A stretch of 64,000 nt of DNA from Gemmatimonadota bacterium. Its GTDB lineage: Bacteria > Gemmatimonadota > Gemmatimonadetes > Gemmatimonadales > GWC2-71-9. This document shows positions 47,715 through 57,732 of this stretch, in pieces. How positions within the stretch are numbered: the stretch's first letter is position 1; the number at the start of each line of letters is the position of its first letter. A program made the position numbers and the translations under genes. The notes below the pieces were generated by a model. That model worked only from the letters and a program-made list of their open reading frames with translations, was not told the DNA's origin and ran no database searches. The DNA is taken from positions 1,266 to 65,265 of the forward strand of contig JBDHDE010000030.1 in NCBI GenBank assembly GCA_039591655.1, in the 5' to 3' direction.

Positions 47715-48176
47715 GTGGCCCAGTCGACGCTCAACCCTGATCAGATCATCCGGGCCCTCCAGGGGGCCTACGGCCGGGACGCCTCCCGCCAGGAGCTGCT
47801 GCAGCTGGTCGCGTCCAAGATGCGGGCGGCCGGCCCGCCGTACACCGGGGTGTACGTGTACATGGTCCACGGACACGACCTCGTCCTCGAGGCGTTCGAC
47901 GGTCGGCCCACTACCCACACCCGCATCGCGGTGGGCGAGGGGCTCTGCGGCAAGGCCGTGGCCGAGAAGCGCGACCTCAACGTCCCCGATGTCTCGGCGG
48001 CCGATGGCTACCTCGCCTGCAGTGTCGAGACCAAGTCGGAGCTAGTGGTGCTGATCCGCCGCCACGACGAGATCCTGGGCCAGATCGACGTCGACAGCGA
48101 CCTCCTCGAAGGGTTCCCCCAAGTCGAGGAGCAGGCCGTGCGGGAGGTGGCGGACGCCCTGGCCGTGCTGCTGTGA
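47715..48176 (+). CDS. GAF domain protein (free methionine-R-sulfoxide reductase-like)
   Basis: The 153-aa product has YTGVYVY...LVLEAFDG....RIAVGEGLCGKAV....LNVPDV.....YLACS..TKSELVVLI......LGQIDVDSD, the pattern of single-domain GAF/fRMsr proteins. Confidence 0.7.
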   Translation: MAQSTLNPDQIIRALQGAYGRDASRQELLQLVASKMRAAGPPYTGVYVYMVHGHDLVLEAFDGRPTTHTRIAVGEGLCGKAVAEKRDLNVPDVSAADGYLACSVETKSELVVLIRRHDEILGQIDVDSDLLEGFPQVEEQAVREVADALAVLL

Positions 48177-48877
48177 CCGCGGAGCCCACCGGCCCCCTCT
48201 GGAGACCGCCGAGCCGGGTCGACCCCTTCGATCACGCATTCGCCGAATTGGCGGATGCGCGGTTCGCCGCGGTCCGAGCTGAGGCGGCGGCGACGCGCAG
48301 AGACACGAGCGACCGGGCACAGTTCGCGACACTATCGTCGGTGCAGCGCATCCTGGCCGATGTGGAGTCTCCCGAGGCCATCGAGCGCGATCCAGCGGCG
48401 GCCGAGGCCTATCTCACGATTCTGTTCGTCGCCTACCGCTACTGGGACGCGGGCCGGGCGCTCATCCCCGTAACCACCGAGCAGGTGGAGCAGGCGCTGG
48501 GTGCGGAGACCGCGGACGAGGTCCCCGCGGTGCCCCATGGCGCGTGCTATCTCCAGCTCCCCGAGCGCTGGTGCTGGGCCCAGATCGCCCCCGATGCGCC
48601 ACACGAGCCGCTGGACGGGCTGTTCGCCGTCGCCACGCGGGGCCGGGACGAGGTCACCGTGGTGGCGGTGCTCGGCCTCCGGCCCGACCGACCCGGGTTC
48701 AGCGAGGTCACCGTCGTTGCCAGGCAGGCCGACGTGGCCGCAGCCAGAGCGCAGGCCCGCACACCACCGCTGGCGCCGGTGATCGATGGGGGCGATTCGG
48801 CCGGCCTCAAGTCGGTGGTCACCGAGGGCGAGGTGCTGCACCTGACCGCGCTCGCCCTCCATGCGAGCCGCGACTAG
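48173..48877 (+). CDS. hypothetical protein
   Basis: There is a GTGA overlap with the GAF gene. GC3 is high and I recognise no motifs. Confidence 0.5.
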   Translation: MTAEPTGPLWRPPSRVDPFDHAFAELADARFAAVRAEAAATRRDTSDRAQFATLSSVQRILADVESPEAIERDPAAAEAYLTILFVAYRYWDAGRALIPVTTEQVEQALGAETADEVPAVPHGACYLQLPERWCWAQIAPDAPHEPLDGLFAVATRGRDEVTVVAVLGLRPDRPGFSEVTVVARQADVAAARAQARTPPLAPVIDGGDSAGLKSVVTEGEVLHLTALALHASRD

Positions 48878-48883
48878 GTTGGG

Positions 48884-49648
48884 GTGGTGAAGCGGGCCAA
48901 GCAGAGACGCGGCGGTAGCGGCAGCACCGTCAAGCGCGGAGCGCGAGCCACGAAGTCGGGTCGCATGGGGGTGGAGGACGCTCCGGACCGTATCAAGCCC
49001 ATCATCAGGAAGCTCAAGCGCCGCAACCCCGACGCCGCCACGGCGCTGCAGCACCGGAGCCCCCTCGAGTTGCTCGTGGCCACCATCCTGAGCGCGCAGT
49101 GCACCGACGCCCGCGTGAACATGGTGACCAAGGATCTCTTCGTGAAGTACCGCACGGCCGAGGATTACGCCGACGCCGACCCCGAGGTGTTCGAGCAGGA
49201 GATCAAGTCCACCGGCTTCTTCCGGAACAAGACGAAGTCGATCCTCGGCATGGCGCAGGGGCTCGTGGAGCTGCATGGCGGTGAGGTGCCGGCCAGCATG
49301 AAGGAGCTGACGGCGCTGCCCGGGGTGGGCCGCAAGACGGCCAACGTGGTGTTGGGGAACGCCTTCGGGATCGACGAGGGGGTCGTGGTCGACACCCACG
49401 TGAAGCGCATCGCGAACCGCCTGGGTCTCACCACGAAGAGCGACCCAGTGAAGATCGAGCAGGACCTGATGGAGGTAGTGCCCCACTCCGAGTGGACCCT
49501 GTTCGCGCATCTCCTGATTCACCATGGACGGCGGATCTGCACGGCACGCGCGCCCAAGTGCGAGATCTGTCCCGTGAACGACCTGTGCCCAGCGGCGGAA
49601 ACCCCATCCCGCCCCCGAGCGGCGTCCCGCGCCCGGCCGCGCCGATGA
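48884..49648 (+). CDS. nth: endonuclease III
   Basis: The product has LVATILSAQCTD, a HhH-GPD element (LPGVGRKTANVVLG ... VDTH) and a 4Fe-4S cluster loop (CTARAPKCEICPVNDLC). It begins with a basic N-terminal extension, so the start (GTG 48884 versus an internal Met) is uncertain. Confidence 0.9.
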   Translation: MVKRAKQRRGGSGSTVKRGARATKSGRMGVEDAPDRIKPIIRKLKRRNPDAATALQHRSPLELLVATILSAQCTDARVNMVTKDLFVKYRTAEDYADADPEVFEQEIKSTGFFRNKTKSILGMAQGLVELHGGEVPASMKELTALPGVGRKTANVVLGNAFGIDEGVVVDTHVKRIANRLGLTTKSDPVKIEQDLMEVVPHSEWTLFAHLLIHHGRRICTARAPKCEICPVNDLCPAAETPSRPRAASRARPRR

Positions 49649-51750
49649 CCTCCCGCCTGGCGGACCAACAGTCCGCCTATCTCCGCTCAGCCAAGGACCA
49701 GCCGGTCGAATGGCACCCGTGGGGTTCCGAGCCCTTCGACCAGGCCCGGGCGGAGCGCAAGCCCGTACTGCTCGACATCGGAGCAGTGTGGTGCCACTGG
49801 TGCCACGTGATGGACCACGAGTCGTACGAGGACGCCGCCGTCGCTGAGTTGCTCAACCGCGAGTGGGTATGTGTCAAAGTGGACCGCGACGAGCGGCCCG
49901 ACGTCGACGCCCGCTATCAGCGCGCGGTGCAGGCCCTCACGGGCCAGGGCGGTTGGCCCCTCACCGCCTTCTTGACCCCGGACGGCGAGGTGTTCTTCGG
50001 CGGTACCTACTTCCCGCCCGACGGCAAGTACGGCCGCCCCGGGTTCCGCACCGTGCTCACCGAGCTCGCGCATCTCTACCGGGAGGATCCGGAGCGCGCG
50101 GTGAAGCAAGCCGAGGCGATCACGCAGCACCTGAGCGCCGAGCGGGCACCGTTCAAGGCGGCCAAGCTTGCGCCGGAGATCCTGGCCCAAACCACCGAGG
50201 CCATGGCGCGCCTGTTCGACTTCCGGCACGGCGGCTTCGGCACGCAGCCGAAGTTTCCCCATCCCGGCGCATGCGACTTCCTCCTCGGTCGGTGGTTCGA
50301 CACCGGCGAGCCGTGGGCAGTGGAGATCGTGCACCGCACCCTCATGGCCATGGCGCGGGGGGGAGTGCGCGATCATCTGGGCGGCGGATTTCACCGCTAC
50401 TCAGTGGACGAGCGGTGGATCGTGCCACACTTCGAGAAGATGTCGTACGACAACTCGGAACTGCTGCGGGCGTACATCCGGGGCGCGACTGCGCCGCCGC
50501 CGGGCGACGGGCGCACCGGGCCGATCACGGCGGACAGGGAGCTCTATCGCGACGTCGTCGCGGGGATCGTGCGGTGGGTGGAGGACGTCATGTCGGATCC
50601 GGAGGGCGGCTACTACGCCTCGCAGGATGCCGACGTGGGCCCGGACGATGACGGCGACTACTTCACGTGGACGCCGGAGGAAACGCAGGCCGTCACGGAC
50701 CGCGAGGAATTCGAGGCGCTGGCCCGGCACTACGACATCGACGAGGCCGGCGAGATGCAGCACGACCCCCGGAAGAACGTCCTCTGGCTCAGGCAATCTC
50801 CGGAGGAGATCGCTGCCGCCCTCCGGCGGAGCCCGAAGGAGATCGAGGCGTTGCTGGCCTCCGGCAGGGAGAAGCTGCTCCAGGCCCGGGGCGAGCGGCC
50901 AGCGCCGTTCGTGGACCGGACGCTATATACGGGTTGGAACGCCCTGATGGCCTCGGCCATGCTCGAGGCCGCGGTGTTCCTCGACCGGCCCCAGCTAGAG
51001 GCCCACGCCCTCGAGACGCTGGAGCGCCTGTTCCGCGAGGCGGCGGAGCCGGATCTCGCAGGCGGCATGCGGCACGCGCCGGGGAGCGCCGTCTCGGGCA
51101 TCCTGGACGACCAGGTGGCGACTGCCCAGGCTGCGCTGGACGCCCACGAGGTCACCGGCGAGGAGCGGTGGCTCGAGCGCGCCGAGACACTGATGGCCCA
51201 AGTCACGAGCGACTACCGCGCCGAGGACGGCGGTCTGCTGGACACGGCCCGCGGCCGCGGGGGTGAGGGCTTCCTCAACCAGGAGATCGAGCCGATCCAG
51301 GACTCGCCGACGCCGTCGGGCAACGGAGTGGCCGGGATCGTCCTCGTGCGGCTGGCGGAGCACACCGGCAGCAGCGAATGGCGCGCGTACGGCAACGACC
51401 TGCTGGAGACGTTCGCCGGAACCGCCGCGCAGCTCTCCGTCTTCGGTGCGACGCTCGCGAGGGCCATCGACTGGGCAGTGATGCCGGCCACCCACGTGGT
51501 GATCGTGGGGGACGACGACGCGCAGACAGCCGAGCTACGGAGTGTCGCGCGCCGGATGTACCGACCCCGCAAGGTCGTGCGATGGCTCCGCCCGGGGGCG
51601 CCGGCGACGCACCTGCCGGAGCCCATGCAGGCGATGTTGGACGGACGAGCCCCTCGTGCTTACGTCTGCGCCGGCACCCAGTGCGCTCCACCGGCGGCCG
51701 ATGCCGCCGCGCTCGGCGAGACCCTCTCCAGTTTCGCGGTGAACCGATGA
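49645..51750 (+). CDS. thioredoxin-domain protein of the YyaL/DUF255 (SSP411-like) family
   Basis: There is an ATGA overlap with nth. The product has WHPWGSEPFDQARAERKPVLLDIGAVWCHWCHVMDHESYED, followed by a long (alpha/alpha)6-like region. Confidence 0.85.
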   Translation: MTSRLADQQSAYLRSAKDQPVEWHPWGSEPFDQARAERKPVLLDIGAVWCHWCHVMDHESYEDAAVAELLNREWVCVKVDRDERPDVDARYQRAVQALTGQGGWPLTAFLTPDGEVFFGGTYFPPDGKYGRPGFRTVLTELAHLYREDPERAVKQAEAITQHLSAERAPFKAAKLAPEILAQTTEAMARLFDFRHGGFGTQPKFPHPGACDFLLGRWFDTGEPWAVEIVHRTLMAMARGGVRDHLGGGFHRYSVDERWIVPHFEKMSYDNSELLRAYIRGATAPPPGDGRTGPITADRELYRDVVAGIVRWVEDVMSDPEGGYYASQDADVGPDDDGDYFTWTPEETQAVTDREEFEALARHYDIDEAGEMQHDPRKNVLWLRQSPEEIAAALRRSPKEIEALLASGREKLLQARGERPAPFVDRTLYTGWNALMASAMLEAAVFLDRPQLEAHALETLERLFREAAEPDLAGGMRHAPGSAVSGILDDQVATAQAALDAHEVTGEERWLERAETLMAQVTSDYRAEDGGLLDTARGRGGEGFLNQEIEPIQDSPTPSGNGVAGIVLVRLAEHTGSSEWRAYGNDLLETFAGTAAQLSVFGATLARAIDWAVMPATHVVIVGDDDAQTAELRSVARRMYRPRKVVRWLRPGAPATHLPEPMQAMLDGRAPRAYVCAGTQCAPPAADAAALGETLSSFAVNR

Positions 51751-52172
51751 ACATCGACCTCGCCGTCGCCTGCGACTACGCGGTAATCGACCGGTTCGGG
51801 AAGCTCTCCGTGATGGGGATCTTTTCGCACATCTGGGTTGGGAAGTTTCCGGCTCTCCACCCCCGGCTCCATCTCGTGCTACACCTCAAGGGCAGGCGCA
51901 CCGAGATCGGTGAGCACGCCGTGCGCATCCGGCTGCTGGATGAGGAAGATCAGCAGGTGCTCAAGGGAGACGGCACCGTCACTTTCTCCGAGCCCCCCGC
52001 GGGGGTCCTGGAGATCGCGGCGGGGTGCATCCTGGTGTTCGACGTCCCGTTCCGGCATCCCGGGAAACACCGCTTCGAGATCGCGGTGGACGAGCACGTC
52101 GAGACGGTCATCCCGATCACCGTGGCCCAGGGTCCTAGTTCACCCGGGCCTGCAGGCGCCGGATCGCCGTGA
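51747..52172 (+). CDS. small conserved hypothetical protein
   Basis: There is an ATGA overlap with the upstream gene. The product is MNIDLAVACDYAVIDRFGKLSVMGIFSHIWVGKFPALHPRLHLVLHLKG... with high GC3. Its 3' end overlaps the convergent TPR gene by 38 nt. Confidence 0.55.
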   Translation: MNIDLAVACDYAVIDRFGKLSVMGIFSHIWVGKFPALHPRLHLVLHLKGRRTEIGEHAVRIRLLDEEDQQVLKGDGTVTFSEPPAGVLEIAAGCILVFDVPFRHPGKHRFEIAVDEHVETVIPITVAQGPSSPGPAGAGSP

Positions 52173-52611
52173 GCGCGGGCTCGTAATCAGGCGACGCCTC
52201 CACCGCACGGGTGAGCTCGGCCAGGGCCTCCACGTACTCACCCCGCCCTTCGTAGATGCGGGCCAGATTGACGTGGGGAAAGTGCCGGGCCTCGTAGCGC
52301 GGGGCCGCCACCGCCCGCCGGAACCACCGGATCGCGTCCTCCTCTCGATCCAGCTTCACGAGATACGCCCCAATGTCGTTGTAAGGGTTGCCGAAGGCCG
52401 GATCCACGGCGATCGCTCGCTTGCACTCGGCGATCGCCTGCTCGAAGCGCTCTTGCAGTCCGTACACCCAACCGAGAAACGTATGGGCCTCCGCCGTCGG
52501 GTGCTCCGCGATGGATGCCTGGTACAGGCGCACTGCGTCGTCCAGTTCGCCGCGCTGCTGGCATTCGTAGGCGCGACGGAAGAGCTTCAAGGCAGCCGCC
52601 CGCTGACCCAT
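52135..52611 (-). CDS. tetratricopeptide repeat protein
   Basis: The 158-aa product has 3-4 TPR units (AEAHTFLGWVYGLQERFEQAIAECKRAIAVDP, GNPYNDIGAYLVKLDREEDAIRWFRRAV...). Confidence 0.8.
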   Translation of the reverse strand: MGQRAAALKLFRRAYECQQRGELDDAVRLYQASIAEHPTAEAHTFLGWVYGLQERFEQAIAECKRAIAVDPAFGNPYNDIGAYLVKLDREEDAIRWFRRAVAAPRYEARHFPHVNLARIYEGRGEYVEALAELTRAVEASPDYEPALTAIRRLQARVN

Positions 52612-52643
52612 ATTGTCTCCACGATACCGAACCCGGCGCGCTC

Positions 52644-54479
52644 GTGACAGTCACCCGCAAGACCCTCTGGCTCTCCGCCTGCACGGCCCTCGTGCTCGCC
52701 GGGCTCGCGTTCGACCTGGACGGCTACCCCCTGCTCGATCCCGACGAGGGACGCAACGCCGAGGTCGCCCGCGAGATGGCGGTGACCAACGACTACCTGC
52801 TGCCGCGTCTGAACGGGCTGCCCTACCTGGACAAGCCGGTGTTGTACTTCGCCGCTGCGGCGGTGGCGATCGAGGTCTTGGGACCGACGGAGCTGGCCGT
52901 CCGGCTCCCGTCGCTGCTCTTCACCGTCGGCACCCTGCTCCTCGTAGCGTGGTTCGCCGCACGCCTCTACGCAAAGGACGCGGCCTGGATAGCGGCCATC
53001 GCCACCGGCGCCGCACCGTTCACCCTGGCCTATGCCCGGACGGTGATCTTCGACGCCGCGCTCACGCTGTTCGTAGTGCTGGCGCTCATCGGGTTCTACC
53101 TGGCGGTGGAGCACGGCGCCGCCGCCTCGAGCGACCGAGTCGCCGGCCACCCACCGCGTGACGGACCCGGGGAGCCGCCAACGCAACGGCCCGACGGCGA
53201 GGGGCCGGTGCGTCCGGCGGCCACAACGTGGGTGGCCATTGCTTGGATGGCTATGGCCCTCGGGGTGCTCACAAAGGGCCCCATCGCTGTTGCGCTGCCT
53301 CTCATGGTCGCGCTCCCCTATGCCGTCTGGCGCCGCAGGGCGCGCGCGCTGTTCGACGCCGTCGCCCTCCTGCTGTTCGTCGCCCTGGTGCTCCCGTGGA
53401 TCCTTGCTGTGTCCCGGGAGATCCCCGAGTTCCTCCGGTACGCCCTCATCACCGAGACGGCGCGGCGCCTCACCACCGCGGAGCTCGGCCGGACCGGGCC
53501 GCTGTGGTATTTCCTCGCAGTACTCCCGGCTGCGGCCCTCCCCTGGTCTGTCGTGGTGATCGCCGGGTGGATCGAGCGCCGGCGTCGTGGACCGACACGG
53601 TCGCGTGAGGGGCAGGACACCACCGCGGCGGAGAATGCTGGCTTCGACCGACGTCTCGTGTTCCTCGTGCTCTGGATCCTGGTGCCGCTGCTCTTCTTCA
53701 CCCTGTCGCAGTCGAAGCGACCGCAGTACTTGCTGCCTTTGATCCCCGCCGTGGGACTCCTGGTCGCAGGTCTCTGGCACGACGCGCGGGACCGGCTCCC
53801 GGGGATGAGGCCGGCTGCCATCGCTCTGCTCGGCCTCGGTCTCTGCTTCCTGTTGGGCAGGGAACTGATCGCTAACCTCGTGCCAGCGAGTCCCGCTGTC
53901 GCCCAGGCGATTCCCGGCACGGCAGTGGCGCTGGGGACGGTGGCCGTAGCGGCGGGGCTCATCGCGCTACTCGCTGCGAGGCGGTGGGAGGTAGCGCTGC
54001 TCTGCCTTAGCCTTCCGGTAGCGGCGATCCCCTTCGTGAGCCGGGAGCTGATGGACGCCATCGGGGAAGAGCGCTCGGCGGCTCCAGTGGCGGAGGCGGT
54101 AGCCCGCGTGGCAGGGCCCGAGACACAGGTGGTGGGTGTACGGGCCTTCCCGCTGGGGCTCCCCTTCTACCTGCGCCGCACGATCCTGCTCTCCACGGTC
54201 GACGCCTCGGAGCTGACCAGCAACTACCTGGCGCGCCACTCCCGCAAGTGGCGCAACGCGCCGGGCTCACCCCTGCGACCGCCAGGCTGGTGGCGGGAAG
54301 TGCTGGCCGCGTGTCAGCGGCCTCGCATCTTCGTGATTCGTACGCAAGACGCCGAAGCGCGCGATCTGCTCGAGCCGCAGCTCCCCGTCGTGGTCCGCAC
54401 CCGCAAGTACGCCGCCTACGGGCCGTGCGCCTTGTCCAACCTCGCCGCGGCGCGCGCTGCGGAGTCGCCGGTCCCGTAA
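52644..54479 (+). CDS. GT39-type (ArnT/PMT-like) membrane glycosyltransferase
   Basis: GTG 52644 gives VTVTRKTLWLSACTALVLAGLAFDLDGYPLLDPDEGRNAEVAREM....YLLPRLNGLPYLDKPVLYF, the typical N-terminal loop with a DE motif, and then about 12 TM helices. Confidence 0.8.
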   Translation: MTVTRKTLWLSACTALVLAGLAFDLDGYPLLDPDEGRNAEVAREMAVTNDYLLPRLNGLPYLDKPVLYFAAAAVAIEVLGPTELAVRLPSLLFTVGTLLLVAWFAARLYAKDAAWIAAIATGAAPFTLAYARTVIFDAALTLFVVLALIGFYLAVEHGAAASSDRVAGHPPRDGPGEPPTQRPDGEGPVRPAATTWVAIAWMAMALGVLTKGPIAVALPLMVALPYAVWRRRARALFDAVALLLFVALVLPWILAVSREIPEFLRYALITETARRLTTAELGRTGPLWYFLAVLPAAALPWSVVVIAGWIERRRRGPTRSREGQDTTAAENAGFDRRLVFLVLWILVPLLFFTLSQSKRPQYLLPLIPAVGLLVAGLWHDARDRLPGMRPAAIALLGLGLCFLLGRELIANLVPASPAVAQAIPGTAVALGTVAVAAGLIALLAARRWEVALLCLSLPVAAIPFVSRELMDAIGEERSAAPVAEAVARVAGPETQVVGVRAFPLGLPFYLRRTILLSTVDASELTSNYLARHSRKWRNAPGSPLRPPGWWREVLAACQRPRIFVIRTQDAEARDLLEPQLPVVVRTRKYAAYGPCALSNLAAARAAESPVP

Positions 54480-54549
54480 CACCTCCCGCCGGCACACCGG
54501 TTCGCGTCCCGCCGAACCGCCGCGCCAGCCCCCCGAATACATTCCAGGC

Positions 54550-56433
54550 ATGTGCGGCATCTATGGCGCGGTGTCCCCCGGAGGATCGCTGGTGGAAGCG
54601 GGCGACATCCTCGAGCGCATGGGGCGCTGCGTGCGCCACCGAGGCCCCGACGACCATCACATCGTCGCTCGAGACCACGCGGCGATGGGTGCGGAGCGCC
54701 TGCGAGTCACCGACCCCCGGCCCCGAGCGGCGCAACCGTTCTGCGATTCCGCATCCGGGGTCTGGCTGGCCTGCAACGGCGCAATCTACAACGCGCCGGC
54801 GTTGCGGGCCCGGTATTCCCGCTACGCCTACCGCTCGCGGTCGGACATCGAGCCCATACTGCCCCTCTACCTGGACCGGGGCATCCGCAGCCTCGCCGAT
54901 CTGGACGGGATGTTCGCCCTGGCGATCTGGGACGACCGGAGCGGCCGCCTGGTACTCGCCCGGGACCGGGCCGGCGAGAAGCCCCTGTTCTACGCCCGGG
55001 TGGGCAGCGAGGTGTGGTTCGCGTCCGAGGTGCAGGCGCTCCTCACCCACCCCGGCGTGGGTCGGGACGAGGACGCGGTCGCGGCTCGCGACTTCCTCAC
55101 GCTGGGCTACGTGCCGGAGCCCCGCACCATGTTCGCGGGGATTCGCAAGGTGGAGGCCGGCACCGTCGTCACCCTCGGCGGGGCGGGCGAGGACGTCCAT
55201 ACCTTCTGGCACCCGGAGGCGGTCCCCGTGCGGGAGCTCCCCGCGGACGAGGCGGGTCAGAGGCTCGAGACCCTGCTCGAGAACGCCGTGGCGCGACAAC
55301 TCCAGGCGGATGTGCCGCTGGGTGTGTTCACCAGCGGCGGCGTCGATTCGGGGTTGCTGGCTGCGGTGGCCGCCCGGGCGTACCACCCGAACACGCTTCA
55401 CACCTTCACCGTCGGATTCACCGCGCCGTCATACGACGAGCGCTCCCACGCAGCCTTAGTCGCCGCCCATCTCGGCACGCGGCATCACGCGGTGACGGCC
55501 GATGAGTCGGACCTGTTCGAGGCCTTCGAGACCGTCGCGGCTGGCGTGGCCGAGCCCGTAGCCGACCCGGCAATCCTCCCCACGTATATCCTCGCCCGCG
55601 CGGCGCGGCCACACGTGGGAGTCGTGCTGAGCGGTGAGGGCGCGGACGAGCTCTTCGGCGGGTACCCCACGTACCTGGGGCATCTGGCGGCTCCTTGGTT
55701 CAACGCCCTCCCCGACACAGTGCGACGAGGGGTAGCGCGCCTGGTAGCGGCGTGGCCCCCCTCCCGCGGCAAGGTGCCGTTGGAGTTCCTGATCAAGCGG
55801 TTCGTGGCGGAAGCGGGAGGCGAACCTCTGCAGCGACACATCGCCTGGTTCGGCACAGGGCTCGAACCGGCGGCGCTCACGCTCTGCGAGTCGGTGGGTA
55901 GGTGGCCCGACGGGACAGACGGAAACACGGTGCCACGGTGGCTCGATGCCCTCGCGGCGGAGCCGGACGTGCTGCGGCGGGTCATGTTGTTCGACTACCT
56001 GACCTACCTGCGGGAGAATCTGCTCGTGAAGGTGGACCGGGCCACGATGCTCGCCGCGCTGGAGGCCCGCGCCCCGTACCTGGATCGGGAACTGACCGTC
56101 TTTGCCCTGGGGCTCTCCCCGCACCTGAAGGTGCGGGGCCCCATCACGAAGTGGCTGCTGAAACAGGTCGCCGCCAGGCGGCTCCCCCGCCGCATCGCCC
56201 GCCGCCGCAAGCGGGGGTTGAGCGTCCCCATTGCGGACTGGATCAACCACGGGCTGCGCGGCGCGGTGGACGGCCTCCTTGCGCCGGAGAGGCTCCGTGC
56301 CCAGGGGGTGTTGCACGCGGCGCGTGTGGGGCAACTTCTGTCGGAGCACCGCAGCGACCGCGCCAACCACGCACGGGTGCTGTGGCCCCTCATCGTCTAT
56401 CAGGCATGGCGCGAACGCTGGACGGGAGACTGA
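54550..56433 (+). CDS. asnB: asparagine synthase (glutamine-hydrolysing)
   Basis: The N-terminus MCGIYG has a nucleophilic Cys2. The synthetase domain has the PP-loop-like FTSGGVDSGLLAA. Confidence 0.9.
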   Translation: MCGIYGAVSPGGSLVEAGDILERMGRCVRHRGPDDHHIVARDHAAMGAERLRVTDPRPRAAQPFCDSASGVWLACNGAIYNAPALRARYSRYAYRSRSDIEPILPLYLDRGIRSLADLDGMFALAIWDDRSGRLVLARDRAGEKPLFYARVGSEVWFASEVQALLTHPGVGRDEDAVAARDFLTLGYVPEPRTMFAGIRKVEAGTVVTLGGAGEDVHTFWHPEAVPVRELPADEAGQRLETLLENAVARQLQADVPLGVFTSGGVDSGLLAAVAARAYHPNTLHTFTVGFTAPSYDERSHAALVAAHLGTRHHAVTADESDLFEAFETVAAGVAEPVADPAILPTYILARAARPHVGVVLSGEGADELFGGYPTYLGHLAAPWFNALPDTVRRGVARLVAAWPPSRGKVPLEFLIKRFVAEAGGEPLQRHIAWFGTGLEPAALTLCESVGRWPDGTDGNTVPRWLDALAAEPDVLRRVMLFDYLTYLRENLLVKVDRATMLAALEARAPYLDRELTVFALGLSPHLKVRGPITKWLLKQVAARRLPRRIARRRKRGLSVPIADWINHGLRGAVDGLLAPERLRAQGVLHAARVGQLLSEHRSDRANHARVLWPLIVYQAWRERWTGD

Positions 56434-56451
56434 ACCGGTAGGAGAGACGCA

Positions 56452-57027
56452 ATGAACCGTGATGAAGCCCTGGCGTTGATGCACGAGTACACGGAGTCGG
56501 ATGCGCTGCGGAAGCACATGTATGCAGTGGAGGCCGCGATGCGGGCCTACGCCCGGAAGACCGGTGAGGATGAGGAGAAGTGGGGGGTGGTCGGCCTGCT
56601 GCATGACTTCGACTACGAGCGCTACCCCAACGACGCGCACTCCCCCACCGAGGAGCATCCCTCGTACGGCGTCGGCGTGCTGCGCGAGCGTGGTGTACCC
56701 GAGGACATCCTGACGGCGATCCTGGGACACGCTTCGTACACCGGCGTGGCGCGGGAGTCTCTCATGGCCAAGTCGCTGTTCGCCGTCGACGAGCTGTGCG
56801 GCTTCCTCACGGCCTGCGCGCTGGTGCGGCCGTCCAAGAGCCTCCAGGACCTCACGGTCAAGAGCGTGAAGAAGAAGCTCAAGGACAAGGCCTTCGCGCG
56901 CGGGGTGAACCGGGACGAGGTCACACAGGGGGCGGAGGAGCTCGGCGTGCCGCTGGAGGAGCACGTCCAGTTCGTCATCGAGGCCCTCCGGCCGATGGAG
57001 AGCGACCTCGGCCTCGGCAACGCGTGA
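56452..57027 (+). CDS. HD domain phosphohydrolase
   Basis: The product has HMYAVEAAMRAYA...VGLLHDFDYERYP...HPSYG..., the H...HD...D pattern. Confidence 0.75.
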   Translation: MNRDEALALMHEYTESDALRKHMYAVEAAMRAYARKTGEDEEKWGVVGLLHDFDYERYPNDAHSPTEEHPSYGVGVLRERGVPEDILTAILGHASYTGVARESLMAKSLFAVDELCGFLTACALVRPSKSLQDLTVKSVKKKLKDKAFARGVNRDEVTQGAEELGVPLEEHVQFVIEALRPMESDLGLGNA

Positions 57028-57183
57028 GCCACCTCGAAGCCGGTCGCACCACGTGCGCTGAGGAGCGGCCGGCTGCGGTGCGCTCCCTGGGCAGGCGCTC
57101 CAGGGCGGCCACCCCGCCCCGTCCAGACCAGCACCCGGAAGACTGACGCTCAACGCCCAAGCCCCCTCGTGCGTAATACTCAT

Positions 57184-57732
57184 ATGAAGGACGCCGAGCT
57201 GGCCGCCCTCGCCCAGGCGGGCGATCGGGAGGCGTTCGGGGAGCTGGTGCGGCGCTACGCCGCCCAGGCGCGGCGCCTCGCGCGGGCGGTCCTAGAGGAC
57301 CCTGACGACGCGGATGACGCGGCCCAGGACGGGTTCCTGGCGGCGCTGCGGCACCTGGGGCGCTACGACCCCGACCGGCCGTTCGGCCCCTGGCTGCTGC
57401 GGATCGTGGCCAATGCCGCCAGCGACCGTCGCCGCCGCCGCAGGGTGCGGCGGGCCGGGCAGATCCCGCCGACGCTGGCGGCGCCTGAGCCTGCCCCCGA
57501 CGCGGTGACGGATCGCCAGGGATTCCGGGAGGCCCTGCTGGCGGCCCTCGGCACCCTCCCGGAGCGGCAGCGGATGGCGGCGGTGCTGTTCGATGTGGAG
57601 GGCTACACGCACCGCGAGATCGCCGAGGTGCTGGACGTGCCGGAGGGCACGGTGCGATCCGACGTGTACCACGCGCGGCAAGCGCTGCGGGAGCGGCTCG
57701 ACGCCTGGAAGGACTGGAGGGAGAGCGAATGA
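57184..57732 (+). CDS. ECF-type RNA polymerase sigma-70 factor
   Basis: Region 2 reads FGELVRRYAAQARRLARAVL..DDADDAAQDGFLAALRHLGRYDPDRPFGPWLLRIVAN. Region 4 reads LPERQRMAAVLFDVEGYTHREIAEVLDVPEGTVRSDVYHARQAL. Confidence 0.88.
   Translation: MKDAELAALAQAGDREAFGELVRRYAAQARRLARAVLEDPDDADDAAQDGFLAALRHLGRYDPDRPFGPWLLRIVANAASDRRRRRRVRRAGQIPPTLAAPEPAPDAVTDRQGFREALLAALGTLPERQRMAAVLFDVEGYTHREIAEVLDVPEGTVRSDVYHARQALRERLDAWKDWRESE

Noticed and set aside
57131-57183. Possible ECF-type autoregulated promoter (GGAAGA at 57137-57142, CGT at 57068-57070 and 57172-57174) upstream of the sigma factor gene.
   Set aside because: The spacing between the GGAA-like and CGT-like elements is 26-29 nt, far from the 16-17 nt expected. 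No call can be made without transcription start data.
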